A stretch of DNA of 64,000 bases from Escherichia coli. GTDB lineage: Bacteria; Pseudomonadota; Gammaproteobacteria; Enterobacterales; Enterobacteriaceae. Position 1 is the stretch's first letter, and each line of letters starts with the position of its first letter. Made by a program: the position numbers and the translations under genes. Shown here one piece after another: positions 1 through 10,635 of the stretch. The stretch lies in the NCBI RefSeq assembly GCF_003334785.1, contig NZ_QOWV01000008.1. One strand, given 5' to 3'. The notes beneath the pieces were generated by a model that saw only the letters and a list, made by a program, of their open reading frames with translations, made no database searches and had not been told where the DNA came from.

Positions 1-262
1 TTTTTCGTCTTGCGACGTTAAGAATCCGTATCTTCGAGTGCCCACACAGATTGTCTGATAAATTGTTAAAGAGCAGTGCCGCTTCGCTTTTTCTCAGCGG
101 CGCGGGGTGTGCATAATACGCTTTCCCGCTACAGAGTCAAGCATTTATTTTTGCTTTCTCTGCCGGAGTTCTCAGGAGAACCCCGCTGACCCGGCGGCGT
201 GTTTGCCGTTGTTCCGTGTCAGTGGTGGCGCATTATAGGGAGTTATTCCGGCCTGACAAGAG
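1..262 (-). promoter_or_regulatory. rrnC: rRNA operon tandem promoters P1/P2 and leader with boxA antiterminator; rRNA gene lies beyond window start (rrnC by context)
   Basis: Minus-strand reading gives P1 -35 TTGTCA (254..259) and -10 TATAAT (232..237), P2 -35 TTGACT (135..140) and -10 TATTAT (113..118), boxA TGCTCTTTAACAATTTATCA (56..75). Matches canonical E. coli rrn promoter/leader from memory; adjacency to yieP suggests rrnC. Confidence 0.8.
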
Positions 263-340
263 GAAATTTAAAATAATTTTCTGACCGCGCATTTTTTCAG
301 CAAAAGCCCCGTTAATGTGCCATAAAACAAGCAATTTGCC
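263..340 (-). promoter_or_regulatory. AT-rich UP element / Fis-binding region upstream of rrn P1
   Basis: AT-rich tract (aggaaatttaaaataattttctgacc) immediately upstream of P1 -35 on the minus strand; inferred from known rrn P1 architecture. Confidence 0.5.
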
Positions 341-411
341 GTTTTTGCAACCGTAATCACACTTCCTGGTGGCATACTAAGGAGGAATAAAAAGAAAAAG
401 GAAGATAAGTA

Positions 412-1104
412 ATGCCTTTAAGCGCACAACAGTTAGCTGCACAGAAAAACCTTTCGTATGTTCTGGCTGAGAAGCTGGCGCAACGGATCTTAAAAGGTGA
501 ATATGAACCCGGCACCATTTTGCCCGGTGAGATTGAGCTGGGCGAGCAATTTGGAGTGAGTCGTACAGCGGTACGCGAAGCGGTCAAAACGTTAACGGCA
601 AAAGGGATGGTTTTACCGCGACCGCGAATTGGTACTCGGGTCATGCCACAATCGAACTGGAATTTTCTTGATCAGGAATTGCTTACCTGGTGGATGACAG
701 AAGAGAACTTTCATCAGGTCATCGATCACTTTCTGGTTATGCGTATCTGTCTGGAGCCGCAAGCCTGCCTACTGGCAGCAACGGTTGGCACCGCGGAACA
801 GAAAGCGCATCTCAATACGTTAATGGCCGAAATGGCGGCATTAAAAGAGAACTTTCGCCGTGAACGCTGGATCGAAGTCGATATGGCCTGGCATGAGCAT
901 ATCTATGAAATGAGCGCCAATCCGTTTTTGACCTCATTCGCCTCGCTATTCCATTCGGTTTATCACACTTACTTCACGTCAATTACCAGCGACACAGTGA
1001 TAAAGCTGGATCTGCATCAGGCGATTGTCGATGCGATTATCCAAAGCGATGGCGACGCGGCATTTAAAGCTTGTCAGGCGCTGCTACGCTCACCTGATAA
1101 GTGA
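412..1104 (+). CDS. yieP: GntR/FadR-family transcriptional regulator YieP
   Basis: 230-aa ORF; N-terminal winged-HTH (GEQFGVSRTAVREAVKTL) and FCD-type C-terminal domain; synteny next to hsrA. Confidence 0.9.
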   Translation: MPLSAQQLAAQKNLSYVLAEKLAQRILKGEYEPGTILPGEIELGEQFGVSRTAVREAVKTLTAKGMVLPRPRIGTRVMPQSNWNFLDQELLTWWMTEENFHQVIDHFLVMRICLEPQACLLAATVGTAEQKAHLNTLMAEMAALKENFRRERWIEVDMAWHEHIYEMSANPFLTSFASLFHSVYHTYFTSITSDTVIKLDLHQAIVDAIIQSDGDAAFKACQALLRSPDK

Positions 1105-1126
1105 TAACCCGATAACAGGACATTGA

Positions 1127-2554
1127 ATGAGCGATAAAAAGAAGCGCAGTATGGCGGGTTTGCCGTGGATCGCGGCGATGGCCTTCTTCATGCAGGCACT
1201 TGATGCCACTATTCTTAATACCGCCTTACCCGCAATCGCTCATAGCCTTAATCGTTCTCCTCTCGCGATGCAATCAGCCATCATCAGTTATACGCTGACG
1301 GTGGCGATGCTTATTCCGGTAAGCGGATGGCTAGCCGATCGCTTCGGTACGCGTCGCATTTTTACCCTTGCCGTGAGTCTGTTCACATTGGGTTCTCTGG
1401 CCTGCGCACTTTCTAATTCGCTACCACAGCTGGTTGTCTTCCGGGTTATTCAGGGGATAGGCGGCGCAATGATGATGCCTGTTGCTCGGCTGGCCTTACT
1501 GCGCGCTTATCCTCGTAATGAACTTCTTCCAGTATTGAATTTTGTCGCCATGCCGGGTCTGGTGGGGCCAATTTTAGGCCCCGTTCTTGGCGGCGTGCTG
1601 GTCACCTGGGCAACCTGGCACTGGATATTTTTAATCAATATCCCCATAGGTATTGCGGGCCTTCTTTACGCGCGCAAACATATGCCCAATTTCACCACCG
1701 CACGACGCAGATTCGATATCACTGGCTTTTTGCTGTTTGGCCTCAGCCTTGTTCTCTTCTCAAGCGGAATAGAGCTATTCGGGGAAAAGATTGTCGCCAG
1801 CTGGATTGCCTTGACGGTAATTGTCACCAGCATCGGGTTACTGCTTCTCTATATTCTCCATGCACGACGCACGCCAAACCCATTAATTTCATTAGATTTA
1901 TTTAAAACCCGCACTTTCTCGATCGGTATCGTAGGCAATATTGCAACCCGTCTGGGGACCGGCTGTGTACCGTTCCTTATGCCATTGATGTTACAGGTAG
2001 GATTTGGTTATCAGGCGTTTATTGCTGGCTGTATGATGGCACCGACAGCGTTAGGTTCCATTATTGCAAAATCGATGGTTACCCAAGTCTTACGTCGTCT
2101 GGGCTATCGCCATACGTTAGTGGGGATCACGGTGATTATTGGGCTAATGATCGCTCAGTTCTCTTTGCAATCACCAGCAATGGCTATATGGATGCTGATC
2201 TTGCCGTTGTTTATATTAGGGATGGCTATGTCGACGCAGTTTACCGCGATGAATACCATCACACTTGCCGATCTGACCGATGACAATGCCAGCAGCGGTA
2301 ACAGTGTTCTGGCGGTCACGCAGCAACTGTCGATTAGTTTAGGCGTTGCTGTAAGTGCGGCCGTCCTTCGCGTTTATGAAGGAATGGAAGGCACAACGAC
2401 TGTCGAACAATTCCACTATACGTTTATCACAATGGGCATTATTACTGTTGCTTCAGCAGCAATGTTCATGCTTCTGAAAACAACCGATGGTAATAATTTG
2501 ATCAAAAGACAGCGTAAATCTAAGCCGAACCGCGTTCCATCAGAATCGGAGTAA
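1127..2554 (+). CDS. hsrA: MFS transporter HsrA (YieO), 14-TMS drug:H+ antiporter family
   Basis: 475-aa hydrophobic ORF with MFS motifs ([11 protein letters not shown]); synteny between yieP and rbsR. Confidence 0.9.
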
Positions 2555-3502
2555 GTTGTAATCGTTGTTGCTGAAGGGTCGGCTGGGTTATCCGATGGAT
2601 GAGTACATCAATCGCCAGCTCCCCCAGTTCATCTTTCGGTTGGTGGATAGTGGTTAATGGTGGCGTCATAAAGCTTGCCAGTTCGATATCGTCATAGCCA
2701 ATCACCGCGATATCCTGCGGAACCTGTAACTCTGCCTGATATAACGCCTGGTAAACGCCAACAGCCATAGCGTCATTTCCGGTAAAGACGGCCTGAGGAC
2801 GCAGCGGATGTGATAGCAGTTGGCGCATAGCGTCAAACCCGCCGTTAAATTCAAAATCACCAGTGACTTCATAGCCATCAGGAATGTTGAGACCCGCACG
2901 TTTCATCGCCGCCCGATAACCTTCCAACCGCAGGCGCGCCGGAGTTTTATCCAGCGGGCCGGTAATACAGGCGATACGGGTATGACCTTTATCGATCAGA
3001 TATTGCGTTGCTAAGTCTCCGCCCAGCAACGAGTTATCCTGAATAAGATCGCTGTCGCAGCCCAGTCCATCATCACAGTAGGCACTGTCGGATAACGTTG
3101 CATGATTTCACGCGAAGGTTGATGCGTTTCGGTGCACAGTAACAGCAAGCCATCAACGCGTTTTTGCATCAGCGTTTCCAGATTGCGATTCATCCGCTGT
3201 TCATCGCCTTCGGTATTGCAAAGGACGAGACTATAACCGCGTTCGAAGCAGCTGCGTTCAACGCCACGCACCAGTTCTGAATAGAAAGGATTGGTACTGG
3301 CAGTGATCAACATGCCAATGGTATGTGTTTGATTGAGTTTGAGGCTACGCGCCAGAGCTGATGGCGCGTAATTGAGTTCTTTAATCGCCGCTTCAACTTT
3401 GGCGGTAATCGCTTCACTGACGAAGCGATCTTTATTGATAACGTGAGAAACTGTTGAGGTAGAAACGCCCGCCAGGCGGGCAACATCTTTCATTGTAGCC
3501 AA
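2520..3502 (-). pseudogene. rbsR: rbsR, LacI-family ribose operon repressor, disrupted by frameshift
   Basis: Two overlapping ORFs in different frames: 3011..3502 holds the N-terminal HTH half ([23 protein letters not shown]...VMMDW, then out-of-frame tail [16 protein letters not shown]), and 2520..3029 holds the C-terminal half ([20 protein letters not shown]...MERGSA). In-frame upstream extension of the second ORF reads [15 protein letters not shown]. Consistent with deletion of about 10 bp (codons for P-F-D-G in the RbsR sequence as I recall it) near 3040..3045. Confidence 0.8.
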
Positions 3503-3505
3503 GCG

Positions 3506-4435
3506 TCACCTCTGCCTGTCTAAAAATGCGTCGATCTCTTCACGCCACGGTACGGAAGGTTGTGCGCCTTTACGTGTTACGGCAATCGCAGCGGCAGCAT
3601 GGGCAAAACGAATCGCCTCTGGCAATGGTTTTTCTTCCAGCAATGCCGTGATTAACGCACCGTTAAAGGTATCTCCGGCAGCAATGGTATCGACAGCCTG
3701 CACCCGGAATCCAGGAACGCGCTGACCTTCACCATTCACGCTAGCCCATACACCACGACTTCCTAAAGTAATCAGTACAGTACGGATACCTTTTTCATGC
3801 AGTACCTGCGCCGCCTTCGCTGCATCTTCATCATTTTCAACACGAATACCGGTGAGCTTTTCTGCTTCCGTTTCGTTTGGCGTAATAATGTCCACCAGCG
3901 CCAGCAGTTCGTCAGGAAGTTCGCGAGCCGGAGCCGGGTTAAGCGCAACGATAGTCTTATTTTGATGGGCGATTTTCGCCGCTGCCATCACACTTTCGAG
4001 TGGTGATTCCAGCTGCATTAATAATGCTGACGCGTTGGCAATACGCTCACGTTGCGCTTCCACCAGCGCCGGGGAAAGGGCAGCATTAGCGCCGGCATGA
4101 ATACCGATGACATTCTCACCTTCGCCATTAACAAAAATCAGCGCCACACCTGTTGATTCGCCTTTGATCACGCTGACCGGAGTAATATCAATGTTATCAG
4201 TGGCGAGCTGCTGGCGAACGCTCTCACCAATGCTGTCATCACCCGTACAGGCAATAAACGCGATATTCGCACCGCTACGCCCAGCAGCCACAGCCTGATT
4301 CGCGCCTTTGCCGCCAAATGCAACCTGATAGTGGTTACCGGTTACGGTTTCGCCTGGAGTAGGAAAAGATTGAAGATTAAGAATGTGGTCAGCATTAATG
4401 CTGCCAAGAACAACGAGGCTGCCTGCGTTTTGCAT
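3506..4435 (-). CDS. rbsK: ribokinase
   Basis: ORF 3506..4462; start taken at MQNAGSLVVLGSINADH (309 aa). PfkB-family motifs (GGKGANQA; DTIAAGDTF); rbs operon synteny. Confidence 0.92.
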   Translation of the reverse strand: MQNAGSLVVLGSINADHILNLQSFPTPGETVTGNHYQVAFGGKGANQAVAAGRSGANIAFIACTGDDSIGESVRQQLATDNIDITPVSVIKGESTGVALIFVNGEGENVIGIHAGANAALSPALVEAQRERIANASALLMQLESPLESVMAAAKIAHQNKTIVALNPAPARELPDELLALVDIITPNETEAEKLTGIRVENDEDAAKAAQVLHEKGIRTVLITLGSRGVWASVNGEGQRVPGFRVQAVDTIAAGDTFNGALITALLEEKPLPEAIRFAHAAAAIAVTRKGAQPSVPWREEIDAFLDRQR

Positions 4436-4560
4436 ATTCGGGATGTCCATAAAATGCGCCACCGTGTTAGGGTGGCGCGTGCCCTGCTTTTCTTTATATT
4501 ACACGTTCATCTGTCGATGACGTATTTATGTCACCATCAGGTCATACAACCTGATTAAAA

Positions 4561-5451
4561 CTACTGCTTAACAACCAGTTTCAGATCAACCGGATACTTA
4601 GCCTGAACTTTCTCGCCTTTCAGCACTTTATCTGCGGTTTCGACGCCTTTCGCGCCAATCTGATCGGGTAGCTGAGCGATAGTCGCTGCTAGTTTGCCAT
4701 CATTCACCGCTTTTTCGCCATCCGGTGTACCGTCAAATCCGACGACCATCACATCCGATTTACCGGCAGTTTGCAGTGCGCGCAGCGCGCCCAGCGCCAT
4801 TTCATCATTCTGCGCGAATACAGCCTGAACATCCGGATGAGCGGTCAACAGGTTCTGCATTACGTTCAAACCTTTAGTGCGATCAAAATCTGCTGGCTGG
4901 CTGGCAAGAACATTAAACTTGTGAGCAGCAACGGCCTGCTGGAAGCCTTCGCCACGTTCACGGGCTGCGGATGTACCAGCAATGCCTTGCAGCTCGATAA
5001 CTTTGGCACCTTCACCCGCTTTCTTCGCGATGTAATCACCAGCGATTTTGCCGCCCAGTACGTTATCAGAAGCAATGTGGCTCACCACTTCACCTTTCGT
5101 TGCCTGGCGGTCAAGAGTGATAACCGGGATGTTCGCCTGGTTAGCCATCTTCACAGCATTACCCACTGCGTCGGAGTCGGTCGGGTTAATCAGCAGAATT
5201 TTTGTGCCGCGAACGGTTAAGTCCTGCACGTTCGCCAGCTCTTTCGCCGGGTTGTTCTGGGAGTCCAGCACCACCAGGTTATAGCCAAGTTTATCCGCCT
5301 CTTTCTGCGCGCCATCTTTCAGCGATACAAAGAACGGGTTGTTAAGCGTGGAGACCACCAGCGCGATGGTGTCTTTTGCCATCGCATTCGCACTGACGGT
5401 GGCGCTTAGCGCAACAGCGGAAACCAGGGTAGCCAGTTTTTTCATGTTCAT
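4561..5451 (-). CDS. rbsB: periplasmic ribose-binding protein of ribose ABC transporter
   Basis: ORF 4561..5457; start taken at [10 protein letters not shown] (296 aa); signal peptide ...SANAMA|KD; matches RbsB. Confidence 0.93.
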   Translation of the reverse strand: MNMKKLATLVSAVALSATVSANAMAKDTIALVVSTLNNPFFVSLKDGAQKEADKLGYNLVVLDSQNNPAKELANVQDLTVRGTKILLINPTDSDAVGNAVKMANQANIPVITLDRQATKGEVVSHIASDNVLGGKIAGDYIAKKAGEGAKVIELQGIAGTSAARERGEGFQQAVAAHKFNVLASQPADFDRTKGLNVMQNLLTAHPDVQAVFAQNDEMALGALRALQTAGKSDVMVVGFDGTPDGEKAVNDGKLAATIAQLPDQIGAKGVETADKVLKGEKVQAKYPVDLKLVVKQ

Positions 5452-5475
5452 ATTCAAGATGTCCTGTAGTCGTTA

Positions 5476-6441
5476 TTACTGCTTTTTGTTGTCTACCAGC
5501 ACCGCCAGCAAAATCACCACCGCTTTGACGATCATCTGGTAATAGGAGGAAACACCTAACAAATTCAATCCATTATTAAGGAAGCCAAGAATTAATGCGC
5601 CGATCAACGTCCCAACAATGCGACCTTTTCCGCCCGCCAGACTCGTACCGCCCAGAACCACCGCAGCAATAGCATCCAGCTCATAGCCAGTCCCCGCCGT
5701 GGGTTGTGCGGAGGAGAGACGCGCCACTTCAATGATCCCGGCCAGCGATGCCAGCAGACCACAAAGAGAATAGACGATGATTTTGATTTTATTGACGTTG
5801 ATACCAGAAAGACGCGTTGCCGCTTCGTTGCCGCCCAGCGCGTAGATGTAACGCCCCAGACGCGTGTGATGCAGCATGTACCAGGCCGCGAGGAAGACAA
5901 TCCCCATGATCCAGACTGGCGTCGGTACGCCCAGCGGACGACCAATACCAAACCAGCCAAACAGATCGGCGTTCTCAGTAAAGCCGGTATTCACTGGGCT
6001 ACCGTTGGTATAAACCATGGTCACGCCGCGCAGTAAAAGCATCATAACCAGCGTAGCGATAAACGCCTGGACGCGACCTTTCGCTACAATCACCCCGGTT
6101 ACCGCACCAATTGCGGCACCTAACGCGAGAGCAGCAGCGACAGCCACCAGCGCATTGACTTCAATGCCGACGATAGATGCAGCAACTGCGCCGGTCAGCG
6201 CCAACAGAGAACCTACCGATAAGTCGATGCCCGACGTCAGGATCACCAGCGTCATCCCGACCGCCATAATGGCGTTCACTGAGGTTTGCTGGAGAATATT
6301 GAATAAGTTATTGATGGTGAAAAAGTTCGGGCTTAACGTCGAGACAATCGCGATCAGCACCAGCAGAGCGATAAGCGATTTCTGCTCCATCAGCCACGCT
6401 TTCGTGAAATAACGGCGACCAGAGACAGTCTGGGTTGTCAT
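5476..6441 (-). CDS. rbsC: ribose ABC transporter permease
   Basis: 321-aa polytopic membrane ORF; matches RbsC; operon synteny. Confidence 0.93.
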   Translation of the reverse strand: MTTQTVSGRRYFTKAWLMEQKSLIALLVLIAIVSTLSPNFFTINNLFNILQQTSVNAIMAVGMTLVILTSGIDLSVGSLLALTGAVAASIVGIEVNALVAVAAALALGAAIGAVTGVIVAKGRVQAFIATLVMMLLLRGVTMVYTNGSPVNTGFTENADLFGWFGIGRPLGVPTPVWIMGIVFLAAWYMLHHTRLGRYIYALGGNEAATRLSGINVNKIKIIVYSLCGLLASLAGIIEVARLSSAQPTAGTGYELDAIAAVVLGGTSLAGGKGRIVGTLIGALILGFLNNGLNLLGVSSYYQMIVKAVVILLAVLVDNKKQ

Positions 6442-6445
6442 TTTT

Positions 6446-7951
6446 TTACTCCTGATTCACGCGATTAAGCTTGCCCACAGCGGCAGCCATTAACACTTCC
6501 TGGGTGGCCTGCTCACGAGTAAATTCCCCGCTGAGATGCCCTTCATGCATGACGATGATGCGATCGCTCATGCCTAATACTTCTGGCATCTCCGATGACA
6601 CCAGAATGATGCTCAAGCCATCGGCTTTGAACTGGTTAATCAGTTGATAGATCTCTTTTTTCGCGCCGACATCTACGCCACGGGTAGGTTCATCAAGGAT
6701 CAACACTTTGGGGCGTGTCATCAGACCGCGGGCAATCGCCACTTTTTGCTGATTGCCACCGGAAAGCAGACCAATTGCCTGTTCCATCGACGGAGTTTTC
6801 ACATTAAACAGACGAATGAAATCACTCACAGCCTGCTGTTCATCGGCATGCTTCAAACTGCCGCCAGCGCGGCTGAAGTAGCGCAGCGCTGTCAGCGACA
6901 TGTTCTCTTTTACTGACATGCCCAACACTAAACCGTCACGTTTACGGTCTTCGGAGATATACACAATGCCGTTTGCCAGGCCATCCTGCGGTGAACGGGT
7001 AACGACTTCATGCCCATCCAGGGTGACGTAACCGCTGGTGCGCGGTAGTGCGCCGTAGAGCACTTTCATCAGTTCGGTACGACCTGCGCCCATCAAACCA
7101 GAGACGCCAAGAATTTCGCCTTTGCGTAAAGTAAAAGAGACATCGTTAACGCCAGGTCCGCAGAGATTATCGACTTTCAGGCGGATATCTCCCGGCGCTT
7201 TGTCCAGGTGCGGATATTGATCTTCCAGCTTGCGACCCACCATCATCTCAATCAGCGAATCTTCGGTCAGTGATGCCACTTCGCGCTCAGCAATAAATTG
7301 CCCATCACGAAAAACGGTAACGTCATCGCAAATCTCGAAGATTTCTTTCATGCGGTGGGAGATATAGACAATACCGCGGCCTTGCGATTTCAGCTCGCGG
7401 ATGACGCGGAACAGGGATTCGGTTTCGGTATCGGTCAGCGCATCGGTCGGTTCATCCATAATGATGACTTTCGACTCAAAGCTCAGCACTTTGGCGATTT
7501 CAACCATTTGCTGGTCACCGATGGAAAGATCGCCCACCAGCTTGTCGCTTTTAAAGCGCAGGTTAAGTTTAGCCAGCAATTTATCCGCTTCGGCATACAT
7601 GGTTTTCCAGTCAATTTTGCCAAAGCGATTAACAAACTCACGACCGAGGAAAATGTTTTCGGCAATGGTCAACTGCGGGATCAGGTTCAGTTCCTGATGG
7701 ATAATCCCAATCCCGGCTTCCTGGGAAGATTTTGGCCCGGTAAATGTCGTTTCTTTCCCCAGCCATAAAAGCGTACCGGCATCGCGAGTATAGATGCCAG
7801 TAAGCACTTTCATCATGGTGGATTTACCCGCGCCGTTTTCGCCCACCAGCGCCATCACGCGGCCCGGATAGACATTTAACGCTGCGCCCGAGAGGGCTTT
7901 TACGCCCGGGAAGGCTTTATCGATGCCTTTAAGCTGAAGTAATGCTTCCAT
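6446..7951 (-). CDS. rbsA: ribose ABC transporter ATP-binding protein (duplicated ABC domains)
   Basis: 501-aa ORF with two Walker A motifs (GENGAGKST; GLMGAGRTE) and ABC signature LSGGNQQK. Confidence 0.94.
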
Positions 7952-7958
7952 GACGGCC

Positions 7959-8378
7959 TCAGAACGTCACGCCAGCACAGAGAATGATATTCGCATACGG
8001 AGAACATTCTCCGCTGCGAATTACCGCCTGACTTTCTGCGGTTTGTTGTTTGAATTGTTCATGCGTGGTGTAACGAATTTCAATGGTATTTCCCTGGTGT
8101 TTTTGCAGCTGCTCAAGGTGAGTGAGCAACGTTTCGTGGAGTTGCGGATTATGGTGTTTGATCTCTTCCGCGATAATGGCCGCCTCGACCTGCATTTCAT
8201 TTGTGACGACGCCCAGCACCTGCATAAAAGAAGGTACACCCTGGGTTAATGCCATATCGATACGCGTTGTACTTTTGGGGATGGGTAAACCAGCATCACA
8301 CACCACCAGCGTATCGGTATGTCCCAGACGGGAGATCACCGATGAAATATCAGAATTAAGAACGGTGCCTTTTTTCAT
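7959..8378 (-). CDS. rbsD: D-ribose pyranase
   Basis: ORF 7959..8414; start taken at [12 protein letters not shown] (139 aa), preceded by GGAG Shine-Dalgarno on the minus strand. Confidence 0.9.
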
Positions 8379-8389
8379 TTTTTTCTCCA

Positions 8390-8409
8390 TCAGCGAAACG
8401 TTTCGCTGA
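8390..8409. promoter_or_regulatory. RbsR operator: perfect 20-bp palindrome in rbsD promoter/leader
   Basis: tcagcgaaacgtttcgctga is a perfect inverted repeat about 12 bp upstream of the rbsD start codon; LacI-family operator architecture. Confidence 0.85.
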
Positions 8410-8499
8410 CCCACAGTTTAATCCTGACTGAGTTGGGAAAACCATCGTGACGTTACGGAAATGTGATCAACCTCGAAACGTTTTACATGGTGATTAACC

Positions 8500-8540
8500 A
8501 TGAAAACAAAAACGCCCCCTTATGAAGAAAGGAGGCGTCT
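8500..8540 (-). terminator. probable intrinsic terminator downstream of kup
   Basis: Inverted repeat acgccccc (8512..8519) / ggaggcgt (8531..8538) followed on the minus strand by a T-run (plus-strand gaaaacaaaaa 8502..8511). Confidence 0.6.
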
Positions 8541-8544
8541 GGCG

Positions 8545-10413
8545 TTAGATTTCGACCTGAGTACCCAGTTCGATAACCCTGTTTGGCGGGATTTCAAATT
8601 GATCTGGTGCACGCAGCGCATTACGTTGCAGCAGCAAGTACAGCTTGCCGCGCAGACGCAAATACCACGGGCGTTTGCCGAGGATCAACGACTCATGCGA
8701 CATAAAGAAGGAGGTTTCCATCATCCGGCAACTTAATCCTTCCAGACCGCAGCGGTGGAAAACTTCTTCTACGTTTGGCGTTTCTCGCCAACCATAACTT
8801 GCCACCACGCGCCAGAAAGTGGGCGACAGTTGTTCAATCTGTACCCGACGGACGTTATGGACATATGGAGCGTCTTCGGTGCGCAGAGTTAACAGAATCA
8901 CCCGCTCATGCAATACCTTGTTATGTTTAAGGTTATGCATCAGCGCAAAGGGAATGACGTTGATTGCACGCGACATATACACCGCGGTCCCGGGCACGCG
9001 AACAGGCGGTGATTTCTCCAGCGAAGCAATCATCGCTTCCAGAGAGTTACCATGTTCATGCATCCGCCGCAGCAAGCGGAAACGCTCGCTCTTCCAGGTG
9101 GTCATCACGATAAACATCACAGTACCGAGGCTCAATGGCAACCAGCCGCCGGAGAGCAGTTTATCGAGGTTAGCGGTGAACAATGGAATATCGACACAAA
9201 GGAAAGCAATCAGGATCAGCGCAACAAAATACTTATTCCAGTGCCAGTTCTGACGTGCCACGGTAGTCGAGAGAATAGACGTCAGCACCATGGTTCCGGT
9301 CACCGCAATCCCGTACGCCGCCGCCAGGTTGCTGGAGTGCTCAAAGCTGACAATCACAATCACGACCGCGACATAGAGCATCCAGTTCACAAACGGAATA
9401 TAGATTTGCCCTGACTCCATTTCGGAGGTGTGAATAATGCGCATCGGCGACAAATATCCCAGACGTACCGCCTGACGCGTCAATGAGAAGACGCCAGAGA
9501 TAACCGCCTGCGAGGCAATTACCGTCGCCAGTGCGGCGATGATCAGCAGCGGGATCAGCGCCCAGTCCGGTGCCAACAGGAAGAACGGGTTCTTAATCGC
9601 TTCCGGGTTCTTTAACAACAGCGCTCCCTGACCGAAGTAATTAAGGGTCAAGGAAGGTAATACGACGGTGAACCACGCCAGGCGAATAGGGAACTTACCA
9701 AAGTGCCCCATATCAGCATACAGCGCCTCGACCCCCGTAATCGACAACACCACTGCCCCTAATGCAATAAAAGAAACCGTTTTGTATTCAAGGAAGAAAT
9801 GCACCGCCCACATTGGATTCAGCGCATGCAGCACTTCCGGGTTAGCAATAATGCTACGTAACCCCAGTCCTGCCAGAATCAAAAACCAGGTCAGCATGAT
9901 CGGCGCAAACAGCTTACCGACCATAGCCGTGCCATGTTTTTGAATCATAAATAATAAAGTGAGAACGATAATTGAGAGGGGAACTATCCAGGTATCCAGC
10001 TGCGGGGCGACGATTTCCAGACCTTCAATGGCTGACATCACCGAAATAGCGGGTGTTATGACGACTTCACCATAGAAAAAGCTGCCGCCGATTAGCCCCA
10101 TAATCACCAGCATTGATGTGGTTCGCGCCGACGTATTACGCCCGGCAAGCGACATCAACGTCAGGATCCCCCCCTCACCGGCGTTATCTGCCCGCATCAC
10201 GAAGGTGAGATATTTAATGGAAACCACAAAGATTAGCAGCCAGAAGATCAGCGATAAAAAGCCAAACACGGCATCGCGTTCAACGCCAAAACCAAACTGG
10301 CCGGACAAACATTCACGAAGTGTATATAACGGGCTGGTACCAATATCGCCGTAGACAACTCCAATCGCCGCGAGGGTAATCGCGGGCAATGATTGCTTAT
10401 TATCAGTGCTCAT
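8545..10413 (-). CDS. kup: low-affinity K+ uptake transporter Kup (TrkD), KUP/HAK family
   Basis: 622-aa ORF, about 12 TMS plus hydrophilic C-terminus; matches Kup. Confidence 0.94.
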
Positions 10414-10635
10414 AGACTAGTCTTTCGTTGAAATATGAAATGTGTGCTTAGTCCCTTGGCCCACAAAAAAGCGCACAGTATGCACGATTAACGGCAAAAT
10501 CGTACTCCTAAATGCGGCCACATTAACCTGGCTCAAAGAAAAATACCCCCCCTTTGAGACTATTTTAGCCACCAGCAAGAAACGTCTATACTCGCAATTT
10601 ACGCAGAACTTTTGACGAAAGGACGCCACTTCATT

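Noticed and set aside
357-644. 95-aa minus-strand ORF overlapping yieP 5' end
   Set aside because: Overlaps a well-supported gene in antisense and extends into the rrn/yieP promoter region.
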